Assembly: GCA_964345635.1 (NCBI GenBank)
Contig: CAYFRM010000075.1
Coordinates: 11,531-75,530 of the forward strand
Length of the DNA: 64,000 nucleotides
From: an uncultured Clostridia bacterium
GTDB lineage: Bacteria > UBA6262 > WVXT01
Reading direction: 5' to 3'
A model generated the notes under the pieces. The model ran no database searches, had not been told where the DNA came from, and was given only the letters and a program-made list of their open reading frames with translations. Positions 55,955 through 63,465 of the stretch are shown one piece after another; position 1 is the first letter of the stretch; every line of letters starts with the position of its first letter. The position numbers and the translations under genes were made by a program.

Positions 55955-56446
55955 ATGGAAGCGATTAAAGTATTGAAGTCAAGAAGGAGTAAGAGAAAAT
56001 TTTTATCCAGACCTGTTGCCCAAAAAGTAGTGGAGGATATCATCGATTGTGGTCGGCTGGCTCCCAGCGCAAACAACATACAGCCGGTAGAGTTCATTGT
56101 GGTCACCAGCAAGGAAATCAGAAAGCAAATAGCAGAAACGACCGATTATGGCAGGTTTATTGCCGAGGCGCCTGTGTGCATCGCTGTTTTCTCTCGCCAG
56201 ACGAAATACTACCTGGAAGATGGCTCGGCAGCCTCGGAGAATATACTTCTGGCTGCTCACGCGCATGGATTGGGAGCCTGCTGGGTGGCGGGGGACAAAA
56301 AATCCTATGCCGAGAAAGTTCGCGAATTACTGGGAGTACCTCGAGATTTTAAACTGATTACTCTCATTCCCCTGGGCTATAGCGAGCAGAATCCGAAGCC
56401 TGCGAAGAAAAAACTGAAAGATGTTCTCCACTGGGAGAAATATTGA
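55955..56446 (+). CDS. Nitroreductase-family protein (FMN-dependent)
   Basis: Start 'MEAIKVLKSRRSKRKF'; 'PSANNIQPVEFIVV' and C-terminal motifs. Confidence 0.8.
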   Translation: MEAIKVLKSRRSKRKFLSRPVAQKVVEDIIDCGRLAPSANNIQPVEFIVVTSKEIRKQIAETTDYGRFIAEAPVCIAVFSRQTKYYLEDGSAASENILLAAHAHGLGACWVAGDKKSYAEKVRELLGVPRDFKLITLIPLGYSEQNPKPAKKKLKDVLHWEKY

Positions 56447-56462
56447 GTTTCGAGATTAAGAA

Positions 56463-57470
56463 ATGCTCATTGTAGGAATTGATGAGAACGGATTAGGTTT
56501 TCGGAATCAAAGAATGCTGGGGCCTCTGGTAGTCACCGCCTCTGCTTTCAGAATAGATAGAGGTTATGACTGCAAAAGAGATTTTTTCTGGAACGAGCTT
56601 AAACAAGTAGTTTCCAGAGAAAAAACCGATAAGCAAAGCCTTATTGTCTGTGATAGTAAAGAGCTTTTCCAGAGCAACCACCGGAAGACTTATGAATTAG
56701 CAGAGTCCACGGTACTTGCTTTCTATTCTCTTTTGAATAGAAGGATGCCCCGGGATTTCGACGAAGATTTTTTCCCGGAAATAATTCTTCCCGGCCATTC
56801 TGTTTTCAGGGAGTGCCCTGTAGATTGGGAAGGTTCCCTCTGTGGAATGGGAACTCCTTATAGTCTTCCCGCCTGGAAAGCAGAAATTCATTCTGTAGAA
56901 GATGTCTCGGAAAAACTCAGGAAGGAATTAAGGAAAAAGAGAATTGAATTTATTTTTTGGAAAAGCAGAATATTTTGTCCTTCCACTCTCAATAAGGCGG
57001 GAGGAAAAAATCTGGACAAGTACTGGCTGGAGGTCGAAGCGATAGCTGATTTTATTACTATATTTCTGGAAAATTACAGAGAAGAAGAAGTTTCCTTTTT
57101 CTCAGGGAAGATAGATAGCTGGGGAGAGAAGAAAATTCTAAGTTGCCTGGCGAGCAGGTTTGCAGTTCAGCCTTGCCCCGGGGAGGCGGGAATCGATATT
57201 TTTGCCGTTTCCCATAAAGGAAAGAAAGTTAAACTCCATTTTATCAGGTCTGGCGATAAGTTCATCTTTCCCATTTCTCTTTCCTCAATTTTTGGCAAGT
57301 ACATCAGAGAAATATTTGTCAAACGGATAAATGAATTCTTTCAGAAGTTCGATAGTTCCTTGGATTGGTGTGGAGGATACAGGCAAGGTGGGAAATTCGA
57401 TGGCTTCCTGAAAAGAGCCATTGAAATAGCTACTATGGAAAAGATTCCCCGAGAATGCTTATTAAGGTAG
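56463..57470 (+). CDS. RNase HII-like protein with large internal insertion and C-terminal extension
   Basis: 'VGIDENGLG..GPLVV' (RNase HII DE motif), 'CDSKELF' (DSK motif), distal 'KIDSWGEKKILSCLAS' (like GDS..SAAS motif); about 150 aa inserted between catalytic segments. Confidence 0.5.
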   Translation: MLIVGIDENGLGFRNQRMLGPLVVTASAFRIDRGYDCKRDFFWNELKQVVSREKTDKQSLIVCDSKELFQSNHRKTYELAESTVLAFYSLLNRRMPRDFDEDFFPEIILPGHSVFRECPVDWEGSLCGMGTPYSLPAWKAEIHSVEDVSEKLRKELRKKRIEFIFWKSRIFCPSTLNKAGGKNLDKYWLEVEAIADFITIFLENYREEEVSFFSGKIDSWGEKKILSCLASRFAVQPCPGEAGIDIFAVSHKGKKVKLHFIRSGDKFIFPISLSSIFGKYIREIFVKRINEFFQKFDSSLDWCGGYRQGGKFDGFLKRAIEIATMEKIPRECLLR

Positions 57471-57481
57471 AAAGGCGAATT

Positions 57482-57955
57482 ATGAGAGCTTTTCTGGACA
57501 TTGAGACATCATTTGAAGGAGAGATAACCGTTCTGGGAATATATCGTGGGGACGGCACGATAATTCAGTTAGTGGGAAAAGAGATTACCAGGTCGAACTT
57601 GCTTAAGAGCCTCACGGGAACAACTACCATTTACACTTACAACGGGAGCAGGTTCGATCTCCCCATCATAAAAGAGAAACTGAACGTAGATCTGGATGAC
57701 TTTTTTATAACCTATGACCTGATGTACGACTGCTGGGAAAGGAATCTTTACGGCGGACTGAAGAAAGTGGAACAGATGCTGGGAATCAAAAGGCGCCTGA
57801 AAGAAGTAAACGGCTGGGTGGCTATGGAACTATGGTACCAATACGAAGAAGAAAATAACAAGAAAGCACTACAGGTGTTACTGGAATATAATAAAGAAGA
57901 CATTGTTAATCTTCCTGTGTTAATGGAAAAACTCGGGAAAAGGGGTGGTGACTAA
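57482..57955 (+). CDS. RNase H-fold 3'-5' exonuclease-like protein (YprB / RNase_H_2-like)
   Basis: 'FLDIETS' ExoI-like motif, 'YNGSRFDLPII' ExoII-like, 'YNKEDIVNL' ExoIII-like; alternative upstream ATG 57455. Confidence 0.5.
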   Translation: MRAFLDIETSFEGEITVLGIYRGDGTIIQLVGKEITRSNLLKSLTGTTTIYTYNGSRFDLPIIKEKLNVDLDDFFITYDLMYDCWERNLYGGLKKVEQMLGIKRRLKEVNGWVAMELWYQYEEENNKKALQVLLEYNKEDIVNLPVLMEKLGKRGGD

Positions 57956-57956
57956 T

Positions 57957-58016
57957 ATGCCAGGGAAAGTGCCGGCCAAGAGGGAAAAAAAGAAGCCAAA
58001 AAAGAAGAAAAAGTAA
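57957..58016 (+). CDS. Lysine-rich micro-ORF (19 aa, MPGKVPAKREKKKPKKKKK)
   Basis: SD GGTGGTGA upstream; wedged with 1-nt and 0-nt spacing between exonuclease stop and radical SAM start. Confidence 0.3.
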   Translation: MPGKVPAKREKKKPKKKKK

Positions 58017-59180
58017 ATGAACATCTCCATCGGTGGGAAAGCCTATGAGGTTATTACACAACCACAGAAGCATGTACTTTTGCCCACCAGGAAAGAACTT
58101 CACGGATGGTGGCCCGGAAAGAGAGAATGCACTTCTGAGAGAATGCTCATCAATCCCTACAATGGCTGCGGGATAGGATGCTTTTTCTGTTACTCATTGG
58201 CATTTCCCGGCCACTTTCAGACCTTCCGAAAAGAAAATGTAATTATTGTTGCCAGAGACTTCGACAAAGTCGTTTCCGACCAACTCGATTCCATAGGCGT
58301 TGCTTCCTGCGGTTATCTCTCCCCGGTAACGGACCCATTTCAGCCAATAAATAACCTTTACCATCTTTCGGAAAAAATAATCAGAGTATTTGTAGAAAGA
58401 AATATTCCCATAGAATTTATTACCAAGGCTGAGATTCCTGAAGAAGCGCTCCAGTTAATAAAAAAGCAAAAACATTCATTTGGTCAGGTATCTTTTCTAA
58501 CCATAAATGAGAATTTAAGAAAAGTTTTGGTAACCCGAGGGGCTTCCAATAGCGTGCTATTTGGGAACTTGGAAAGAATGGGAAAGAAAGCAATTCATGC
58601 CGTATGTCGGATAGACCCCATATTCCCTTATCTTACGGATAAAAAAGAAAATTTTCGACAACTGATTAAGAGGGCAAGAGATTCGGGAGCTAAACACGTG
58701 ATTGCCAGTGTGCTTGACATTCCTCTTAAGATTCACAAGGAAATTCTCCGGGTGCTAAATTCTTATTTCGGGCCGGGAATAGAGTTTGACTACAGAAAAT
58801 TATACGGGGAAAATATTGATGGATATCTAAACGCAAAGGTCGATTATCGCAAGAAAATATTCGACATTTTACGAAACATCTGCGAGAATCTTGATATGAC
58901 CTTTGCTTTATGCATGGAATACGAGCTAATTGACGGCGAACCCAGGGGGCTAAATCGAGAGTTCACCAATGCAACGAATTGTGAAGGCATTGACATACCT
59001 GTTTACAGGAGAGAAAAAGGGAAGTTTGTTCCCGCGGCAGATTGTCAGGGAGACTGCCTCAATTGCGCCGAAGGAAAATGTGGAGTAAAGGATTTGGCCA
59101 TGAAAAGAAAAGGGTCAAAAAAGGATTGGCGGCTCAAAGATTATCGGCGCTGGTCAAAAGAACTCAAAAGAGCGGGGTGA
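58017..59180 (+). CDS. Radical SAM protein, SPL/'DNA repair photolyase' (COG1533) type
   Basis: 387 aa; 'CGIGCFFC' CxxxCxxC cluster motif near N-terminus; no SPASM tail. Confidence 0.7.
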   Translation: MNISIGGKAYEVITQPQKHVLLPTRKELHGWWPGKRECTSERMLINPYNGCGIGCFFCYSLAFPGHFQTFRKENVIIVARDFDKVVSDQLDSIGVASCGYLSPVTDPFQPINNLYHLSEKIIRVFVERNIPIEFITKAEIPEEALQLIKKQKHSFGQVSFLTINENLRKVLVTRGASNSVLFGNLERMGKKAIHAVCRIDPIFPYLTDKKENFRQLIKRARDSGAKHVIASVLDIPLKIHKEILRVLNSYFGPGIEFDYRKLYGENIDGYLNAKVDYRKKIFDILRNICENLDMTFALCMEYELIDGEPRGLNREFTNATNCEGIDIPVYRREKGKFVPAADCQGDCLNCAEGKCGVKDLAMKRKGSKKDWRLKDYRRWSKELKRAG

Positions 59181-59200
59181 GTGCGTAAAAGGAGGCGTTA

Positions 59201-59506
59201 TTGGAAATAAGAGAATTTCAGAATTTAATGCACAAGATTTACTATTCCCGGGATGCGAAAAGAGGGCTGGGCAGGACTTTCGTGTGGTTTATTGAAGAAG
59301 TGGGAGAGTTAGCCAAGCTGATTCGTGAAGGCAAAAGAGACAATTTTAAGGAAGAAGTCGGCGACGTATTTGCCTGGTTCCTGAGTTTAGCAAACCTCCT
59401 AAACGTAGATGTGGAAAAAGAAATCGAAAAGTATAAACGGGGCTGTCCCAAGTGCAAAAAAACTCCCTGCCAGTGTACTTATGACTACCCCAGCTTCCAA
59501 TTCTAG
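59201..59506 (+). CDS. MazG-like nucleotide pyrophosphohydrolase domain protein with C-terminal Cys4 zinc ribbon
   Basis: 101 aa; 'EEVGELAKLIRE' and 'EEVGDVFAWFLSLANLL' MazG EExxE/D motifs; 'GCPKCKKTPCQC'. Confidence 0.65.
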   Translation: MEIREFQNLMHKIYYSRDAKRGLGRTFVWFIEEVGELAKLIREGKRDNFKEEVGDVFAWFLSLANLLNVDVEKEIEKYKRGCPKCKKTPCQCTYDYPSFQF

Positions 59507-59690
59507 TACTGCGAAGCAGGCAGTAGCAGGCCAGTAGTCGCAGGCTCAAGCCTGCGTAGCTTCCCGGAAAAGCAGGATCCCTCCCTTCAACGCCCACAAA
59601 ATATTGCCGAAAATACTCAAGTAGACAGTTTTAATTGACAAATTTTGGTTCTTTTGCTATTCTATGTTATAGCGACGATAGGAGGAACGA

Positions 59691-60377
59691 ATGGAAGAAA
59701 AAGAAAGGGCTATCCGGCCGGTAGAAAAGGCTTATATTCTTTTGATAGCCATTTTTGTCGGCGGGCTGGTCATTGCCGGTGTACTGGCGAGCAAGATCGT
59801 AAATGTGGCGGGCCTCATAGTTCCGGGAGGAGTTCTCGCCTACTCCATAACTTTCCCTATTACTGATGTAATTTGTGAAGTTTGGGGCAAAAAGCGAGGA
59901 AAATACGTGGTTTTTAGCGGGTTCATTAGTCTCCTGGTAGCCCTGGGACTGATTAGACTTACTCTTATCGTTCCCCAAGCTCCTTTCTGGACCGGGGAAG
60001 AAGCTTTTGCCACTATTTTGGGTAGCACTTCGCGCATTATCGTTGCCAGTTTCATCGCCTATCTGGTAAGCCAGTATCACGACGTCTGGGCATTCCATTT
60101 CTGGCGCAAGGTTACAAAAGGGAAATATCTCTGGCTAAGAAACAATGCTTCCACCTTTGTCTCTCAGTTCATCGATACGGCTGTTTTCATTACCATTGCT
60201 TTTTACGGCGTAATGCCGGTTTTTACGTTAATCAAAGGTCAATATGTCGTCAAACTCCTGATTGCACTACTGGATACGCCCCTTGTCTACTTTGGCGTAT
60301 GGCTGGTAAGAAGGGGAGAAAGAAATGAAGATAGGTATAGTGGGAGTTCCTCCCCAGGAAATTTTGGACAAATATAA
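59691..60377 (+). CDS. Queuosine-precursor transporter (YhhQ/DUF165 family)
   Basis: 228 aa; 'ASFIAYLVSQYHDVWAFHFWRK' and 'NNASTFVSQFIDTAVFITIAFYG' match YhhQ conserved blocks. Confidence 0.75.
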   Translation: MEEKERAIRPVEKAYILLIAIFVGGLVIAGVLASKIVNVAGLIVPGGVLAYSITFPITDVICEVWGKKRGKYVVFSGFISLLVALGLIRLTLIVPQAPFWTGEEAFATILGSTSRIIVASFIAYLVSQYHDVWAFHFWRKVTKGKYLWLRNNASTFVSQFIDTAVFITIAFYGVMPVFTLIKGQYVVKLLIALLDTPLVYFGVWLVRRGERNEDRYSGSSSPGNFGQI

Positions 60378-61059
60378 GGGAAATGATTTCATAGATTTAG
60401 ACACTCTTTTCGATTTTACCGATAACAGTAAAGCCGAAATCTATCTACCGAAGATATACTGCTCCACGATTAAAAGTATCGTAGCCAATGCTTTAACCAT
60501 AAAATTGGACCTTATCATTTTTGATAACGGCTATAGCAAGTGTGACAATGGCAGATTTGTTAGTGAAATTCTCAAGCGTGAGCTTGATGTGCCTATAATT
60601 ACCACTCAAAATAACGCTACTCGCAGGCACCCTCAACCGATATGCGAAAGTGGTCTGGCACTGAGAAAGAAATTTGACTTGATAGTGGACAGTGTCGTCA
60701 AGGACGTTGATAAGTCAAAATTGAAACGCGCCGAGCCGGATTATGGCTTCTGGGGAGTTCCTCCCAATGATTTCAGCATACTTGATCTGTTTCCTGAGAA
60801 AACCCACGTTTTCGGGTGGGCAAGGTGTATGGAGGCAAAAGTTCCCGCGGACCTGGAATTGGAAATGTTGGTAAGGGAGGACCTGCCCACGGTATTCTAC
60901 GCCCAGGCTTTCTGCAGCAAGAACTCCTTAGCCAGGTATCTGGCAAAGAAACATAACGGACTCTATGTTGAGGTTGATGACGTTCTTGATAATTCCGTAA
61001 AACGCAAAATCGAAGCTTACCTCTTACTAAACAGGAAAAAGGGACAGGTACTTTTTTGA
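60325..61059 (+). CDS. Hypothetical protein (possibly partner/DUF2229-like component of the downstream ATPase)
   Basis: 244 aa; GGGGAG RBS; overlaps yhhQ end by 53 nt; C-terminus encodes repeat-C motif. Confidence 0.4.
   Translation: MKIGIVGVPPQEILDKYKGNDFIDLDTLFDFTDNSKAEIYLPKIYCSTIKSIVANALTIKLDLIIFDNGYSKCDNGRFVSEILKRELDVPIITTQNNATRRHPQPICESGLALRKKFDLIVDSVVKDVDKSKLKRAEPDYGFWGVPPNDFSILDLFPEKTHVFGWARCMEAKVPADLELEMLVREDLPTVFYAQAFCSKNSLARYLAKKHNGLYVEVDDVLDNSVKRKIEAYLLLNRKKGQVLF
61036..61057 (+). repeat. Repeat family C, solo copy C4 forming the last 7 codons and stop of CDS 60325-61059
   Basis: AAAAAGGGACAGGTACTTTTTTGA encodes ..KKGQVLF*. Confidence 0.65.
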
Positions 61060-61073
61060 CGGAGTGAGGCGAT

Positions 61074-61709
61074 ATGCTTTTAGGCGACGTAGGAACCAGT
61101 TATAGCAAGATATTGGATGTAGAGAAAGGAGAATATAAAGTCATTAACACCCTGGACTTGCTCAAAAACGACATCAGGTTCGATATAGCCTGCGGGCATA
61201 ACGCGAAATTGAAAGCGGACAGGGTAGTTAACGAGCTGGTCGCTCTGGAAAAAGGCAGCAGGAAATTGATCGGAGACGGGAATTTTCTGGTGGTGGATGT
61301 GGGAAGTAGAGACATCAAATATGTAAAAATGAAAGATAATAAATATGAAGAGATGGATTGGAACGCTCTCTGTGGGGCGACTTTGGGATTTTCCATCGAA
61401 CTTCTGGAGAACCATTTTAACGTAAAGACATCAGAGCTAAAGAAAACATCCGAATCTCTGGGGGTCACTTGCGGAGTTCTGGGTATGGCCAAGATTTTTG
61501 ATAAGATTTCACAGGGGTGCGAGATAAGTAATGTTCTGGCAAGCTTTGTCAAAGGGATAGCGGATAACGTCTATAGATTCATAAACAAACCCGAATTTTT
61601 CTATTTGAGTGGTGGGTTGTGTAACAATATTCTATTTATGAATAGTTTTCCCTGTAAGATTGAGCCCTTAGGAAGGTTTGTTCTTTTGGAAGGACTGAGA
61701 AAGCTTTAA
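61074..61709 (+). CDS. ASKHA-superfamily ATPase (BadF/BadG/BcrA/BcrD 'CoA-enzyme activase'-like or CoaX-like)
   Basis: 211 aa; N-terminal 'LLGDVGTSYSKI' phosphate-1 motif, 'LVVDVGSRDIKY' second D-x-G motif. Confidence 0.45.
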   Translation: MLLGDVGTSYSKILDVEKGEYKVINTLDLLKNDIRFDIACGHNAKLKADRVVNELVALEKGSRKLIGDGNFLVVDVGSRDIKYVKMKDNKYEEMDWNALCGATLGFSIELLENHFNVKTSELKKTSESLGVTCGVLGMAKIFDKISQGCEISNVLASFVKGIADNVYRFINKPEFFYLSGGLCNNILFMNSFPCKIEPLGRFVLLEGLRKL

Positions 61710-61728
61710 GACAGCGGAGTCAGATGTT

Positions 61729-62634
61729 ATGCGTTTTGGATTTCACATCTGGATCAGTGAAGGATTCTCCAGAGTTCCTGAACTGGCCCGAAGGAGGAGA
61801 GCCAGGACAATCCAGTTTTTTTCTCGCAACCCCAGAGCATGGGTTTTTTCTCCTGTCGGTGAAGAGGAAGTAAGAAAATTCCGTACCGGAGTAAAAACGC
61901 TGGGAATTAGGCCCTTGTTCGTCCATATGCCCTATCTTCCAAACTTATCGTCTTCCCGGCAGGACTTTTATATCAAATCAATCGATGCACTGAGGAGAGA
62001 ACTGGAAAGAGCAGAAATACTGGGCGCGCCTTTTCTAATTACCCATATGGGAAGCCGTGGGGAAGCAAGTGAAGCAGAGTCTATAGAGAAATTGATTGCA
62101 GCAATAAACTATTCCCTGGAGAAAATCCGGAATAGAGTATCTATAGTTGTGGAGAATACTGCAGGACAGGGGAGTCAGATCGGATATAAATTTTCACAGA
62201 TTAAGACCGTCATTGATGGAGTGGCAGATAAAGAAAGAATCGGGGTCTGCCTGGACACAGCGCATGCGTTTCAGGCGGGATACGACCTTTCCCGGAGAGA
62301 CGGACTGGAAAGAACGCTGGAAGAATTCGAACGATTAATTGGATTTGACAAGTTGAAACTTCTTCATCTCAACGATTCCAAGACTCCTGTTGGCTCCCGG
62401 GTAGACAGGCATTGGCACATTGGTGAAGGATTCATAGGTAGAGAAGGGTTCAGAAATATCGTAAACCACCCGACATTATCCCGTTTTCCGGGAATTATGG
62501 AGACACCCCATAAGAAAGAAGAGGACGACGTTAGAAATATGTCTGAAATAGAAAGTCTTGTAATCCCTCGCCTCAGGCCTTCGGAAAAGCGCGAGGAAGA
62601 AAAAATGAGTGACTGTTTGTCACAAGGAGAATGA
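61729..62634 (+). CDS. nfo: Endonuclease IV (AP endonuclease family 2)
   Basis: 301 aa; 'FLITHMGS', 'VENTAGQGSQIG', 'GVCLDTAHAF', 'LHLNDSK' Nfo metal-binding motifs. Confidence 0.85.
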   Translation: MRFGFHIWISEGFSRVPELARRRRARTIQFFSRNPRAWVFSPVGEEEVRKFRTGVKTLGIRPLFVHMPYLPNLSSSRQDFYIKSIDALRRELERAEILGAPFLITHMGSRGEASEAESIEKLIAAINYSLEKIRNRVSIVVENTAGQGSQIGYKFSQIKTVIDGVADKERIGVCLDTAHAFQAGYDLSRRDGLERTLEEFERLIGFDKLKLLHLNDSKTPVGSRVDRHWHIGEGFIGREGFRNIVNHPTLSRFPGIMETPHKKEEDDVRNMSEIESLVIPRLRPSEKREEEKMSDCLSQGE

Positions 62635-62635
62635 G

Positions 62636-63409
62636 ATGGCCAAAAAAGGAAAGATTGCAATTGTTCCAATTAAGGGAATGGTGGTTTCTGAGGAGACCCC
62701 TTCTTCGCCTTTTCCTATCTTCGCTATGGCCAGGGTAGTCTCGTCGGCCGAAATAATTCCTTTAATTGAAAGCGTAAAAAAGAATCGCCGCATTAGAGGG
62801 TTGATTCTGGAAATAAATTCTCCCGGGGGAAGACCTTTCCCCTGCAAAGAAATTGCAGAATGTATCAAGGACCTGGGAAAGCCCACGGTAGCCTGGATAA
62901 AAGAATATGCCACTTCCGGTGGCTACTGGATCGCCTCGTCCTGCGATAGTATCGTAGCCGACCGTTTGAGTACCCTGGGAAGCATCGGCGTGGCGTCTAT
63001 CCGCCCTGACTTCTCGGAACTGATGAAGAAATTCGGGATAGACGTGGAGACAATGGCTTCGGGTATCTATAAAACGTTCGGCATCCCTTATAAGAAGTCT
63101 ACTCCCGAGGAGAAGGAATTGCTGAAAGAAGAGATGGACACCATTTACAAGAATTTCATAGAAGAGGTCACCAAGAACAGGAAGCTAAACGAGGAAGTGG
63201 TAAAAGAAATATCGACGGGAAAGATTTATTTGGGGGAAGAGGCAAAAAAGTTCGGCTTAATAGACTTTCTGGGAGGAAAGAATAGAGCCATAGAAATAAT
63301 TAAGGAAAAGACAGGAATTCGAGTATACAAAATTGTGGATTACGCCAAAAAGATGAGAAGACCATTGGGATTCTTGAGAAGAATGTTCGGCAGTTTTTCA
63401 AAAAAGTGA
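62636..63409 (+). CDS. sppA: Signal peptide peptidase SppA (36K type, ClpP/crotonase fold)
   Basis: Start MAKKGKIAIVPIKG right after nfo stop; 'ATSGGYWIAS' catalytic Ser region, 'DFLGG' motif. Confidence 0.8.
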   Translation: MAKKGKIAIVPIKGMVVSEETPSSPFPIFAMARVVSSAEIIPLIESVKKNRRIRGLILEINSPGGRPFPCKEIAECIKDLGKPTVAWIKEYATSGGYWIASSCDSIVADRLSTLGSIGVASIRPDFSELMKKFGIDVETMASGIYKTFGIPYKKSTPEEKELLKEEMDTIYKNFIEEVTKNRKLNEEVVKEISTGKIYLGEEAKKFGLIDFLGGKNRAIEIIKEKTGIRVYKIVDYAKKMRRPLGFLRRMFGSFSKK

Positions 63410-63462
63410 CAGGTACAATTTTTAGAAATAGAAATGTAAAAAAGTAGCCTGTCCCCTTTTTT
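63400..63462 (+). repeat. Repeat family C, inverted pair C5 (AAAAAGTGACAGGTAC..12 nt..GTAGCCTGTCCCC-T6) overlapping sppA stop; potential terminator
   Basis: Same architecture as C1 with shorter spacer. Confidence 0.7.
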
Positions 63463-63465
63463 ACA

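Noticed and set aside
56047-56357. Two overlapping about 70-100-aa + ORFs
   Set aside because: Alternative frames inside the nitroreductase gene 55955-56446.
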